A DNA stretch of 64,000 nt from an uncultured Azohydromonas sp. (GCF_937926365.1 NZ_CALAOH010000127.1:4560-68559), one strand, 5' to 3'. Numbered from the stretch's first letter, positions 11,593 to 21,484 are shown. Program-made: numbers and translations. The notes: generated by a model not told the origin, from the sequence alone.

Positions 11593-12237
11593 ATGGAAAT
11601 GCTCGCCCAGCTCGTTGATTTCATCCTGCACGTCGATGCGCACCTGATGGCGTTCGTGCAGGCCTATGGCGCGTGGGTGTACGCGCTGCTGTTCCTCATC
11701 GTCTTCGTCGAGACCGGCGTGGTGGTGATGCCCTTCCTGCCCGGCGATTCGCTGCTGTTCGTGGTGGGCGCGCTGTGCGGGCTGGACCTGATGAGCCTGC
11801 CGCTGGCCATGGCGCTGCTGATCGTGGCGGCGGTGCTGGGCGACCAGGTGAACTACAGCATCGGGCGCTGGCTGGGGCCGCAGGTGTTCCGCTGGGAAAG
11901 CTCGCGCTTCTTCAACAAGCGCGCCTTCGACCAGGCGCATGCCTTCTACGAGAAGCACGGCGGCATCACGATCGTGCTGGCGCGCTTCATGCCGTTCATC
12001 CGCACCTTCGTGCCCTTCGTGGCCGGCGTGGCGGCCATGACGCGGGGCAAGTTCTCCTTCTTCAACGTCTCCGGCGCCTTGCTGTGGGTGCTGTCGCTGA
12101 CGCTGGCCGGCTACCTGTTCGGCAACATCCCCTGGGTCCAGGCCAACCTGAACTTGATCATCTACGCCCTGGTCCTCGTGCCTGCGGCCATCGCGGTGCT
12201 GGGCGCGTGGAAGGCGCGCCGGGCCGAGGCGGCGTGA
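11593..12237 (+). CDS. dedA: DedA family membrane protein
   Basis: FVETGVVVMPFLPGDSLLF and ARFMPFIRTFVPFVAG motifs. Confidence 0.93.
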   Translation: MEMLAQLVDFILHVDAHLMAFVQAYGAWVYALLFLIVFVETGVVVMPFLPGDSLLFVVGALCGLDLMSLPLAMALLIVAAVLGDQVNYSIGRWLGPQVFRWESSRFFNKRAFDQAHAFYEKHGGITIVLARFMPFIRTFVPFVAGVAAMTRGKFSFFNVSGALLWVLSLTLAGYLFGNIPWVQANLNLIIYALVLVPAAIAVLGAWKARRAEAA

Positions 12238-12254
12238 AATTCCCCAGCGATTGA

Positions 12255-12288
12255 AACGGCAAGCGGCCCGAGGGGCCGCTTTTCCGTT
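12255..12288. terminator. Hairpin, likely bidirectional terminator between convergent dedA and amiC
   Basis: aacggcAAGCGGCC-cgagg-GGCCGCTTttccgtt inverted repeat. Confidence 0.6.
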
Positions 12289-12314
12289 GGGCGGGGCGCG
12301 AGCGCGAGGGGCGC

Positions 12315-13703
12315 TTACAGCGTCCGGTTCCGCGCCAGCGGCGGATTCTTGGCGAAATAGCGCCGGATGCCCGTGGCCACCGCCTTCACCAGCTCGCCGC
12401 GGTACTCGGGGCTGGCGAGCTTGCGCTCCTCCTCCGGGTTGGAGATGAAGGCCGTCTCCACCAGGATGCTCGGGATGTCGGGCGCCTTGAGCACCGCGAA
12501 GCCCGCCTGCTCGACGTTGCGCTTGTGCAGCTTGCCCACCTTGCCGATCTGGCCCAGCACCTCGCCGCCGAGCTTGAGGCTGTCCTTGATCTGCGCCGTG
12601 GTGCTCATGTCCAGCAGCGCGCGCATCACGTGCGCGTCGCCGTTCTTGAGGTTGGCGCCGCCGACCAGGTCCGAGGCGTTCTCGCGCTTCGCCATCCAGC
12701 GTGCCGCGGCGCTGGAGGCGCCCTTGTCGCTGAGCGCGAACACGCTGGCGCCGCGCGCCTCGGGGTTCATGAACGCATCGGCGTGGATGGAGACGAACAA
12801 GTCCGCCTGCACGCGCCGCGCCTTGTTCACGCGCTCGTTCAGCGGCACGAAGAAGTCGCCGTCGCGCGTGAGCATGGCGCGCATGCCGGGCACGGCGTTG
12901 AGCCGGTCGCGCAGCTGCAGCGCCACGGCCAGCACCACGTCCTTTTCCTTCAGCCCGCTGGGGCCGATGGCGCCCGGGTCCTCGCCGCCATGGCCCGGGT
13001 CCAGCGCGACCACGATCAGCCGGTCGATCTTCCGGAGCTGCTCGGCCGTGGGCGGCGGAGGTGGGGCGGGGGTCATCGGCGGCGGCGGGGGCGGCAACGC
13101 CGGCTTCGGGGCGGCGGCCACCGGCGGCGGCGTGGGAAGCCCCGGACGGTCCATGCGCTCGATGAACTCGCCCAGCGCGTCCTGCACCGAGCGCGCGGCC
13201 TGCTGCTCGGCCTGCGTCTTCTCGCGCAGCAGTGCCAGCAGCGGGTCCGGCGCTTGGGTAGGGTAGAGGTCGAACACCAGCCGGTGCTGGTACGCCGCCA
13301 CGGGCGTCAGGCGGAACATCTGCGGCGCGGTGGCCTGCTTGAGGTCCACCACCAGCCGCACGGTGCGCGGCTGGTTCTGGCCCACGCGCACGCCTTCGAT
13401 GAAGGGATCGTCCGCGCGCACCTTGCCCACCAGCTCGCGCAGCGCGGGGCTGAGCTCCAGGTTGTCGATGTCGATCACCAGCCGGTCGGGCGACTCCATG
13501 AGCTGATGCCGCGCCGTCAGGGCCTGATCGCTCTCAATGGTCACGCGCGTGTACTCCTCCGCGGGCCACACGCGCACGGCCACGATGCCCGCGCCCCAGG
13601 CCAGATCGCCCGCGCCCAGCAGCAGCGCCAGCGCGCCGCCGCGTTTCAACAGGCCGCGGCGCTCGAAGCAGGGATGGGGAAAACAGCGCGGCGAGCGGCT
13701 CAT
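12315..13703 (-). CDS. amiC: N-acetylmuramoyl-L-alanine amidase (Tat signal, AMIN + Amidase_3)
   Basis: ERRGLLK Tat-like motif, VRVWPAEEYTRVTIE AMIN domain, LDPGHGGEDPGA, SIHAD, LVETAFISN; ATGA overlap with tsaE. Confidence 0.93.
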   Translation of the reverse strand: MSRSPRCFPHPCFERRGLLKRGGALALLLGAGDLAWGAGIVAVRVWPAEEYTRVTIESDQALTARHQLMESPDRLVIDIDNLELSPALRELVGKVRADDPFIEGVRVGQNQPRTVRLVVDLKQATAPQMFRLTPVAAYQHRLVFDLYPTQAPDPLLALLREKTQAEQQAARSVQDALGEFIERMDRPGLPTPPPVAAAPKPALPPPPPPMTPAPPPPPTAEQLRKIDRLIVVALDPGHGGEDPGAIGPSGLKEKDVVLAVALQLRDRLNAVPGMRAMLTRDGDFFVPLNERVNKARRVQADLFVSIHADAFMNPEARGASVFALSDKGASSAAARWMAKRENASDLVGGANLKNGDAHVMRALLDMSTTAQIKDSLKLGGEVLGQIGKVGKLHKRNVEQAGFAVLKAPDIPSILVETAFISNPEEERKLASPEYRGELVKAVATGIRRYFAKNPPLARNRTL

Positions 13704-14191
13704 GCCAGCACCTCCAGCAGTTGCAGTCCGCGTGCACTGTGCGCCCGGGCGCGCAGTTCGCGCGAGTCGTCGTCGCGGATGTGCAACGTCAGCACCAGGT
13801 CCGCCGGGGGCAATACACCCGCCGCCTTGTCGGGCCATTCGGCGATTTTGAGCCCCGGCGCGGCGAACACGTCGCGAAAGCCGGCGTCCTCCCACTCGCG
13901 CGGGTCTTCGAAGCGGTAGAAGTCGAAGTGCGAGATGGCCAGGCCGTCCGCCTCGTGCGGCTCCAGCACGGCATAGCTGGGACTCTTGATGCGGCCGGTG
14001 ACGCCCAGCGCGCGCAGCAGGTGTCGCACGAAGGTGGTCTTGCCCGCACCCAACGGGCCGTGCAGTTCGATGAAGGCGTTGCGCAGCGACGGCGACGCGG
14101 CCAGCCGCGCCGCGCAGGCCGCGGCATCGGCCTCCGTCGGCCAGTGGAAACTGCGGCTACCTAGAATCTGGGGATGGGATTGAAGGGTCAT
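13700..14191 (-). CDS. tsaE: tRNA t6A biosynthesis ATPase TsaE (start uncertain)
   Basis: GPLGAGKTT, IKSPSY, HFDFYRF, AEWP; standard position before the amidase. Confidence 0.92.
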   Translation of the reverse strand: MTLQSHPQILGSRSFHWPTEADAAACAARLAASPSLRNAFIELHGPLGAGKTTFVRHLLRALGVTGRIKSPSYAVLEPHEADGLAISHFDFYRFEDPREWEDAGFRDVFAAPGLKIAEWPDKAAGVLPPADLVLTLHIRDDDSRELRARAHSARGLQLLEVLA

Positions 14192-15301
14192 GAGGCGCTC
14201 GCATTGCTGGAGCCACTGCGCGGCTGGGCGCGCGAGCTGGGATTTTCCCAGATCGGTATCAGCGGCGTGGACCTGAGCGCGGCCGAGCCGGGCCTGCGCG
14301 CCTGGTTGGAGGCCGGATTCCACGGCTCCATGCACTACATGGCCACGCACGGCATGAAGCGCGCACGGCCCGCGGAGCTGGTGCCCGGCACCGTCAGCGT
14401 CATCGCCGCGCGCATGGACTACCTGCCGCGCGGCACGCCGGATGGTTGGCAGCGCATCGAGTTCGAGCGGCTGGGGCAGCCGCTCCAGGCCGGCGTATCG
14501 ATGTACGCCCGCGGGCGCGACTACCACAAGGTGCTGCGCGCGAGGCTGCAAAAGCTCGCCGACCGGCTCGCCGCGGCCGTCGGTCCCTTCGGCCACCGCG
14601 TGTTCACGGACTCGGCCCCGGTGCTGGAGGTGGAGCTCGCCACCCGTGCCGGCCTGGGCTGGCGCGGGCGCCACACGCTCACGCTTTCGCGCGATGCGGG
14701 CTCGACCTTCTTTCTGGGCGAGATCTACGTGGACTTGGCGCTGCCGCACAGCGAGCCCGCGCAGGCGCACTGCGGCGGCTGCTCGGCCTGCCTGGACATC
14801 TGCCCGACGCGGGCCATCGTGGCGCCGTACCGGCTGGACGCGCGGCGCTGCATCTCCTACCTGACCATCGAGCACGACGGGCCGCTTCCACTCGAGCTGC
14901 GTCCGCTGATGGGCAACCGCATCTACGGCTGCGACGACTGCCAGCTCGCGTGCCCGTGGAACAAGTTCGCGCAGCGCTCGCCGCTGCCGGACTTCGAGCT
15001 GCGGCCGCATTTCGAGGCGCCCACGCTGCTGCGGCTCTGGGGCTGGAGCGAGGCGGAGTTCCTCTCCCGCACCGAGGGCAGCCCGATCCGGCGCATCGGC
15101 CACGAGCGTTGGCAGCGCAACCTGGCGGTGGCGCTGGGCAACGCGCTGCGCGCGGGCTTGAGCGACGCAGACGAGGCGGCGGTGCGGCAGGCGCTGACGG
15201 CACGACGCGAGGCAGCGGGCGAGCTGGTGCGGGAGCACATCGACTGGGCGCTGGCGCAGGCAGGCACTGAAATCACGGCGAACGCGCTGGCCAGGGGTTG
15301 A
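14174..15301 (+). CDS. queG: Epoxyqueuosine reductase (start uncertain)
   Basis: YARGRDYHKV, FTDSAPVLE, CGGCSACLDICPT, RCISYLTIE, IYGCDDCQLACPWN. Confidence 0.95.
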   Translation: MGLKGHEALALLEPLRGWARELGFSQIGISGVDLSAAEPGLRAWLEAGFHGSMHYMATHGMKRARPAELVPGTVSVIAARMDYLPRGTPDGWQRIEFERLGQPLQAGVSMYARGRDYHKVLRARLQKLADRLAAAVGPFGHRVFTDSAPVLEVELATRAGLGWRGRHTLTLSRDAGSTFFLGEIYVDLALPHSEPAQAHCGGCSACLDICPTRAIVAPYRLDARRCISYLTIEHDGPLPLELRPLMGNRIYGCDDCQLACPWNKFAQRSPLPDFELRPHFEAPTLLRLWGWSEAEFLSRTEGSPIRRIGHERWQRNLAVALGNALRAGLSDADEAAVRQALTARREAAGELVREHIDWALAQAGTEITANALARG

Positions 15302-15340
15302 GTCGGGGCGCCACAGCCCGAAACGCTGCGCCAACTGCTT

Positions 15341-15491
15341 CGTCATCCCCGCGCAGGCGGGGACCCAGGCGGCCCCCAAGGCAGCCGCAGGTGCATTGGT
15401 CGGCATGCTGGTGACTTCTGAACCGGTTCGCCGCAGTTTTGCTGCGCTCTGACGCGGGACCGCCTGGGTTCCCGCCCGCGCGGGAATGACG
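15341..15491. repeat. Inverted pair of CGTCAT-type REP-like palindromes
   Basis: cgtcatccccgcgcaggcggggacccagg (15341-15369) and its near reverse complement cctgggttcccgcccgcgcgggaatgacg (15463-15491), between convergent genes. Confidence 0.8.
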
Positions 15492-15498
15492 ATTCAAC

Positions 15499-16404
15499 TT
15501 ACCCCTGCAACCGCGCCAGCGACCACAACGCCACCGGCACGCTGACCATGCCCAGCAGTGTCGAGAGCGTCACCAGCCCGGCCACGAAGCCCGGGTGCCC
15601 GCCCAGCCGCGCGGCCAGCACGTAGCAGGTGGAGGCGGTGGGCAGCGCGGCGAAGGCCACCACCACCAGCTGCTGCACCGGCGGCAGCCCCAGCACCTGC
15701 ACCAGCACCAGCGCCACCAGCGGCAGCACCGCGTGGCGGATGGACAGGAAGGCCGTCGCCAGCCTTGGCGCCTCGCGCAGCGCGCCCAGCTGCAGCCCGG
15801 CGCCCACCGCCATCAGGCCCAGCGGCAATGCGGCGGTGCCCACGCGTTGCAGGCTCACGGCCACCGGCTCGGGGAAGGTCAGGCCGATCAGGTTGCCCAG
15901 CAGCCCGGCCACGGTGCTGAGGATCAGCGGGTTGCGCATCAGCTCGCGCCCGAAATGCTGCCCGCCGTGGCGCGCCAGCGGCCATACCGCGGCGATGTTG
16001 CACAGCGGCACGCAGAAGGCGATCACCAGCGCGATGGCGGCCACCGCCGGCGCGCCGCCCAGCCGCTCGGCCAGCGCCAGGCCAATGTAGGAGTTGAAGC
16101 GAAAGGCCGTCTGCGCGCCCGAGGCGTGGGCCACGCGGTTCACCCCGCGCAGCAGGCCCAGCGAGTAGGCCAGCACGATGCCGCAGCCCACCACCGCCAG
16201 GCCGCTGAACACCAGCGTCAGCATCGCGCCGGGCTGCAGTGGGTTGCGCACGATGGCGTTGAACAGCAGCACCGGGAACAGCAGGTAGTACACCAGCCGC
16301 TCCATGGCCTCCCACACCGGGCGGTTGAGCGCCGTGTAGCGACAGATCAGGAAGCCCGCTGCAATGAGCAGGAAGTCGGGCAGCAGCAACAGGGCCTCGT
16401 TCAT
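15499..16404 (-). CDS. AEC (auxin efflux carrier) family transporter
   Basis: About 10 hydrophobic segments; LVYYLLFPVLLF, FRFNSYIGLA, NPLILS, ALPTA. Confidence 0.85.
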   Translation of the reverse strand: MNEALLLLPDFLLIAAGFLICRYTALNRPVWEAMERLVYYLLFPVLLFNAIVRNPLQPGAMLTLVFSGLAVVGCGIVLAYSLGLLRGVNRVAHASGAQTAFRFNSYIGLALAERLGGAPAVAAIALVIAFCVPLCNIAAVWPLARHGGQHFGRELMRNPLILSTVAGLLGNLIGLTFPEPVAVSLQRVGTAALPLGLMAVGAGLQLGALREAPRLATAFLSIRHAVLPLVALVLVQVLGLPPVQQLVVVAFAALPTASTCYVLAARLGGHPGFVAGLVTLSTLLGMVSVPVALWSLARLQG

Positions 16405-16559
16405 CGCGAAAGTGTGCCAGCGCGCCTTTGCTGCGCCCGCCGCGGGGATGGAACGCCGCCCGCGATGCGGGACGGTGCATCCGGTTGGCCGCGACCTGTA
16501 ACCATCGGCCACAATGGCCCAGGCGCCGGACGGTCCGGCCCCTGGATGGAGACAAGCGG

Positions 16560-17534
16560 ATGAAAAGACAACGTTTGCGGATGCTTGCGGCGCTGCTGGG
16601 TCTGGCCGCCACGAGCCCGCTGCTGATGGCGCAGGGCTACCCCGCGAAACCCGTGCGGCTGGTGGTTCCGTTCGCACCCGGTGGCACCACCGACATCGTG
16701 GCGCGCACCGTGTCCGACAAGCTCGGCGCGGCGCTGGGCCAGACCGTGGTGGTGGAGAACAAGGCCGGCGGCGGCGGCGTCGTGGGCGCGCAGGAGCTGG
16801 CCCGTGCCGCGCCCGACGGCTACACGCTGGGCATCGCCACCGTCTCGACCACGGCGGCCAACCCGGCCGTCAACCCGCGCACGGGCTACAACCCGCTCAC
16901 GGACTTCACGCCCATCATCAACCTCGCGGCCACGCCCAACCTCATCGCGGTGCACCCGAGCTTCCCGGCCAAGAACTACGCCGACTTCGTGGCGCTGCTG
17001 AAGAAGAGCCCGGGCCGCTACAGCTATTCGAGCTCCGGTACTGGCGGCATCGGCCACTTGCAGACCGAACTGTTCAAGAGCCTCACCGGCGTGTTCATCA
17101 CGCACATTCCCTACCGCGGCGCGGGCCCGGCGCTCAACGACACGGTGGCGGGGCAGGTGCCCATCATGTTCGACAACATGCCCTCGGCGCTGCCCTTCGT
17201 GAAGGAAGGCAAGCTCGTGCCGATCGTGGTGGCGGCGCCGCAGCGCTTGTCGATTCTGCCCAACGTGCCGACCTTCAAGGAAGTCGGGCTGGAACCGGTC
17301 AACCGCATGGCCTACTACGGCATCGTCGGCCCGAAGAACCTGCCCAAGGACGTCGTGGAAAAGGTCCACAACGCGGCGAAGCAGGCGCTGGCCGATCCGG
17401 CCGTGCGCAAGCGCATCGAGGACACCGGCTCGCTGGTCGTGGGCAACACGCCCGAGCAGTTCGCCGAGCAGATCCGCGCCGAGTTCGAGGTCTACAAGGG
17501 CGTGGTTGCGCGCCAGAACCTGCGGCTGGATTGA
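16560..17534 (+). CDS. Bug/TctC tripartite tricarboxylate transporter substrate-binding protein
   Basis: Signal peptide then YPAKPVRLVVPFAPGGTTD, ENKAGGGG, APDGYTL, HIPYRGAGPA. Confidence 0.93.
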   Translation: MKRQRLRMLAALLGLAATSPLLMAQGYPAKPVRLVVPFAPGGTTDIVARTVSDKLGAALGQTVVVENKAGGGGVVGAQELARAAPDGYTLGIATVSTTAANPAVNPRTGYNPLTDFTPIINLAATPNLIAVHPSFPAKNYADFVALLKKSPGRYSYSSSGTGGIGHLQTELFKSLTGVFITHIPYRGAGPALNDTVAGQVPIMFDNMPSALPFVKEGKLVPIVVAAPQRLSILPNVPTFKEVGLEPVNRMAYYGIVGPKNLPKDVVEKVHNAAKQALADPAVRKRIEDTGSLVVGNTPEQFAEQIRAEFEVYKGVVARQNLRLD

Positions 17535-17535
17535 C

Positions 17536-18507
17536 GTGAAAGCAGCAGTACCCGAGGCGGCGGCGCCAGTCGCTCAGGCCGCGCCTGCCGCCGAGGCCCC
17601 GGAGTCCGCGGCGCGCGCGGCCAGCCGCGTGTCCATCGAGCGCTTCGTGCAGGCACTGTGGATCGAGGATGGCCTCTCGGCCAACACGCTGGCGGCGTAC
17701 CGGCGCGACCTCTCGCTCTACGCCGACTGGCTCGACGCCGAGGCCGGGCACAGCCTCGACGCCACCACCGAGGCCGACCTGCGCGGCTACATCGCCGCGC
17801 GCCACGGCGAGACGCGTGCCACCACCGCCAACCGGCGGCTGACGGTGTTCAAGCGCTACTTCCGCTGGGCGTTGCGCGAGCACCGGTTGCAGCAGGATCC
17901 CACCCTGAAGCTGCTGTCGGCGCGCCAGCCGCTGCGCGTACCCAAGTCGCTGTCGGAGGCGCAGGTGGAGGCGCTGCTGGCCGCGCCGCCGGTGGAGGAG
18001 CCGCTGGGCCTGCGCGACCGCGCGATGCTGGAGCTGATGTACGCCAGCGGGCTGCGGGTGAGCGAGCTGGTCGGGCTGGGACTGCTGTCGCTGGGCCTGG
18101 CCGAGGGGGTACTGCGCGTCACGGGCAAGGGTGCCAAGGAGCGGCTGGTGCCCTTCGGCGAGGAGGCGCACGGCTGGCTGCGCCGCTACCTGGCCGAGGC
18201 GCGGCCGGCGATCCTGGGCCCGCGCCAGAGCGACGCCCTGTTCGTCACCGTGCGCGGCGAGGGCATGACGCGGCAGATGTTCTGGCAACTGGTGAAGAAG
18301 CACGCGCGCGCCGCGGGTATCACGGTGCCGTTGTCGCCGCACACGCTGCGCCACGCCTTTGCCACGCACCTGCTCAACCACGGCGCGGACCTGCGCGCGG
18401 TGCAACTGCTGCTGGGGCATGCCGACATCTCCACCACCACCATCTACACCCACGTCGCGCGCGAGCGGCTGCGCGCGCTGCACGCGGCGCATCATCCGCG
18501 GGCGTGA
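17536..18507 (+). CDS. xerD: Tyrosine recombinase XerD (GTG start inferred)
   Basis: LSANTLAAYRRDL, RDRAMLELMYASGLRVSELV, GKGAKERLVP, SPHTLRHAFATHLLNHGADLRAVQLLLGH, TTIYTHV. Confidence 0.93.
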   Translation: MKAAVPEAAAPVAQAAPAAEAPESAARAASRVSIERFVQALWIEDGLSANTLAAYRRDLSLYADWLDAEAGHSLDATTEADLRGYIAARHGETRATTANRRLTVFKRYFRWALREHRLQQDPTLKLLSARQPLRVPKSLSEAQVEALLAAPPVEEPLGLRDRAMLELMYASGLRVSELVGLGLLSLGLAEGVLRVTGKGAKERLVPFGEEAHGWLRRYLAEARPAILGPRQSDALFVTVRGEGMTRQMFWQLVKKHARAAGITVPLSPHTLRHAFATHLLNHGADLRAVQLLLGHADISTTTIYTHVARERLRALHAAHHPRA

Positions 18508-18561
18508 GGGTGGGTGACACGTGGGCTGCCGGCGCAACCGCCCATGCCGAGCGCCCCTGAA

Positions 18562-18593
18562 TGAAAAAAGGCCGGTCTTGCGACCGGCCTTCA
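18562..18593 (-). terminator. Rho-independent terminator of the porin gene (possibly bidirectional)
   Basis: AAGGCCGGTC-gcaa-GACCGGCCTT followed by a T tract on the minus strand. Confidence 0.8.
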
Positions 18594-18620
18594 TGCTGAC
18601 GTAACCGTTGCGGGCTGCAA

Positions 18621-19673
18621 TCAGAAGTTGTGGCGCACGCCCAGGGCGAAGGACGAGGTGTCCGTGCCGCCGGCAACCGTGTTGCCAAAAGCGGAGTAGG
18701 TGGCGGCGGCCTTGTTGTCCACCTTGGTGTAGAAGGCGTACACCTTGGTGCGCTTGCTCAGGTTGTAGTTGTAGGCCACGGTGTACTGGATTGCGTCGGA
18801 GGCGGCCTTGGTGCCGGTCTCGCGCTTGATCTTGTCGGCGTAGCCCACGTTGACGTGGAACTCGCTGCCGCCCAGCGTGTACATCGCGGACACGCGGTAG
18901 CTGTCACGCTTGGCCTCAGGCGTGCCGTTGTCGACTTCGTTGCGGACGTAATAGGCACCCACCGTGAAGGCGCCCAGTTCGTACAGCGCGCGCAGGCCGT
19001 ACTCCTTGCCGTCGGTGCCCGTCACGCCGTCCAGCGTCGCGGAGGTCGAGTCGACGAAGCTGGCACCCAGGTGCAGCGGGCCGCGGTCGTAGTTGACGGC
19101 CAGCACGCCGGAGTAGGTGCCGGCGTTGCTTTCGCTGGCGATGCCCGTGGCGGGATCAACCGTCTGCTTCAGGCCATACTGGCCTTCCACCGTCAGGCCG
19201 CCGTAGCTCACCGTGTTGAAGGCCACGGTGTTCTGCATGACACCGGGATACAGGTAGAACGCATCCGACGACGTACCGGTGTCGTGGTTGTGCATGCTGA
19301 TGTAATCAGCCGTCGTGTAGTACGCAGCCGACGGGCCCATGTTGCCCAGGCGCAGGCGGCCGTACGGCGTCTGCAGGCCAACCCACGACTCACGGCCGAA
19401 CAGGCGCGACGTGCCGGCACCAGTATCCGACGAGAAACCGCTCTCCAGCACGAACAGGCCCTTGAAGCCGCCGCCCAGGTCTTCACTGCCACGCAGGCCC
19501 CAACGCGACGCGTTGTTCTGAAGCGCGGTGACATGGCTGCTGGAGCCACCGGCCGGCTTGGTCGTCTGGTACTCGACCGACGTGTTCACGCGGCCATACA
19601 GCGTGACGGAGCTTTGGGCGAAAGCGGCGCCCGCAGCCAGCATGGCCGCCGCAGCAATGAGAGTGCGCTTCAT
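18621..19673 (-). CDS. General outer-membrane porin (betaproteobacterial type)
   Basis: Signal peptide, QSSVTLYG, SRWGLRGSEDLGGG, YNLSKRT, C-terminal GVRHNF. Confidence 0.95.
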   Translation of the reverse strand: MKRTLIAAAAMLAAGAAFAQSSVTLYGRVNTSVEYQTTKPAGGSSSHVTALQNNASRWGLRGSEDLGGGFKGLFVLESGFSSDTGAGTSRLFGRESWVGLQTPYGRLRLGNMGPSAAYYTTADYISMHNHDTGTSSDAFYLYPGVMQNTVAFNTVSYGGLTVEGQYGLKQTVDPATGIASESNAGTYSGVLAVNYDRGPLHLGASFVDSTSATLDGVTGTDGKEYGLRALYELGAFTVGAYYVRNEVDNGTPEAKRDSYRVSAMYTLGGSEFHVNVGYADKIKRETGTKAASDAIQYTVAYNYNLSKRTKVYAFYTKVDNKAAATYSAFGNTVAGGTDTSSFALGVRHNF

Positions 19674-19846
19674 TGAAGAATCCCTTTAGTTTGAACAATC
19701 GGGGCTATTACTGCCCGATGGCTTGGATTCTAAGAACAGGTTTGCCGAATACCCGTGATGGGGAGCCAAGTTGTCCCGTTTTGTGACTGCGGCGCAACAC
19801 TTCGTGGCGTGCGGGCGATCGATGCCCGCACAACCTTTGCGTTAGC

Positions 19847-20599
19847 TCAACGGCCGCGCAAATGCGCCGGCGCCTCCAGCCGCTTGGCCAGCGTGGACAG
19901 CAGCAGCGTGAGCACCAGGTACAGCGCCGAGATGGCGAGGTACGGCTCCCAGTAGCGCGAGTACGCGCCCGCCACGGTGCGCGCGGCCAGTGCCAGCTCG
20001 GCCAGGCCGATGGCCGAGACCAGGGACGAGTCCTTGATCAGCGTCACGCCCTCGTTGACCAGCGCAGGCACCATGCGGCGGAAAGCCTGGGGCAGGATCA
20101 CCTCGCGCATGGCCTGCGCGTGCGTCAGGCCCAGGCTGTAGGCGGCCTGGGTCTGGCCGCGGTGGATGCTCTGGATGCCCGCGCGAAAGATCTCGCTGAT
20201 GTAGGCCCCGGCGTTGAGCGTGAGCGCCAGCGCGCCGGAGAAGAAGGCGCCGTGCTCCTGGCGGAACTCGCGTGCCGCCTCACCCGTGAGCAGCCAGCCC
20301 GTCTCCGGGTGGATCAGCGTGGGCATGAGCGCGAAGTGCACCAGCAGGATCTGCACGAACAGCGGCGTGCCGCGGAAGAAGGTGACGTAGCCCAGCGTCA
20401 CCGCGCGCGCGAGCTTCATCAGCACGCGCAGCAGCGGCGCCTTGGGCTCGGGCGCGTCGGCCGAGCTGCTGACCAGCCCCAGCAGCGCGCCCAGCACCAG
20501 CCCGGCGAACACGGCCACCAGCGCGAGCTTGACCGTCATCCACAGCGCGGAGGCGAACAGCGGGCCGTAGCCCGCCAGGATCTCCCAACGTAAATCCAC
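19847..20599 (-). CDS. Polar amino acid ABC transporter permease
   Basis: FRGTPLFVQI, AYISEIFRAGIQSI, LIKDSSL; GTG start. Confidence 0.92.
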   Translation of the reverse strand: MDLRWEILAGYGPLFASALWMTVKLALVAVFAGLVLGALLGLVSSSADAPEPKAPLLRVLMKLARAVTLGYVTFFRGTPLFVQILLVHFALMPTLIHPETGWLLTGEAAREFRQEHGAFFSGALALTLNAGAYISEIFRAGIQSIHRGQTQAAYSLGLTHAQAMREVILPQAFRRMVPALVNEGVTLIKDSSLVSAIGLAELALAARTVAGAYSRYWEPYLAISALYLVLTLLLSTLAKRLEAPAHLRGR

Positions 20600-20611
20600 T
20601 TCGGTGCGGCC

Positions 20612-21484
20612 TTACTTCGACGCGGCCGAGGCCGGGGTGCCGGCGGTCGCCGGAGCGCTGCCGAAATACTTGGCGTAGATGCGGTCGTAGGTGCCGTCCG
20701 CGCGGATGCCGGCCAGGCCCTGGTTGAGCATCTCCAGCACCGCGGTGTTGCCCTTGCGCACGGCGATGCCGTACTGCTCAGGCGTGAAGCTGGGGTCGCT
20801 CACGGTCTTGAAGCCCGCGCCGGCGTTGTTGGTCACGTAGTGGGCAATCACGCCGTTGTCGGCCACCACCGCGTCCACGCCGCCGGACTCCAGCTCCTTG
20901 AGCGCCAGCGGAGTGGACTCGAAGCGCTTGATGGCCGCGCTGTTCTTGCCCAGCAGCTTGGTGACCACCTCGTCGCCGGTGGTGCCGGTCTGAACGCCGA
21001 CCTTCAGCGGCTTGAGATCTTCGAACTTCGTGACCTTGGAGTCCTTCCTGACGGCGATGAGTTGCACGGCGTCGAAGTAGGGCGCCGTGAAGTCCATGCT
21101 CTGCTTGCGCTCGTCGGTGATCGTGATGGCCGACACCAGCAGGTCGCGGTCACCCTGCGCCACGGCGTTGAAGATGCCTTCCCAGGGGGTGTTGACGAAC
21201 TTCACCTGCACGCCGGCCTTGGCAGCGATGGCGCTGACGATGTCGATGTCGAAGCCAACGATCTCGCCCTTCTCATTCTGCGACTCGAAAGGAGCGTAGG
21301 CGGCGTCGGTGCCGACCACGTAGACCTTGGCCGGCGCGGCCGGGGTGGCGGCTGTGGATTCGGACGCCGCAGGTGCCGCCGGGGCGGCAGCCTCTTCCTT
21401 CTTGCCGCAGGCGCCCAGCAGCGTTGCGGTACCGAGCAGGCCGGCCTGCAGGAAAACGCGGCGGGAGGTGGTGTTGTTGGCCAT
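20612..21484 (-). CDS. Basic/polar amino acid ABC substrate-binding lipoprotein
   Basis: SRRVFL Tat-like motif + LGAC lipobox; VGTDAAYAPFE, GFDIDI, ITITDERK, GVQTGTTG. Confidence 0.92.
   Translation of the reverse strand: MANNTTSRRVFLQAGLLGTATLLGACGKKEEAAAPAAPAASESTAATPAAPAKVYVVGTDAAYAPFESQNEKGEIVGFDIDIVSAIAAKAGVQVKFVNTPWEGIFNAVAQGDRDLLVSAITITDERKQSMDFTAPYFDAVQLIAVRKDSKVTKFEDLKPLKVGVQTGTTGDEVVTKLLGKNSAAIKRFESTPLALKELESGGVDAVVADNGVIAHYVTNNAGAGFKTVSDPSFTPEQYGIAVRKGNTAVLEMLNQGLAGIRADGTYDRIYAKYFGSAPATAGTPASAASK

Noticed and set aside
13045..13145. Poly-Pro stretch in AmiC and Ala/Pro-rich region in MutL
   Set aside because: Ordinary low-complexity interdomain linkers
17536..18507. Integrase of a mobile element
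   Set aside because: Motifs match chromosomal XerD; no att repeats, tRNA or phage genes nearby
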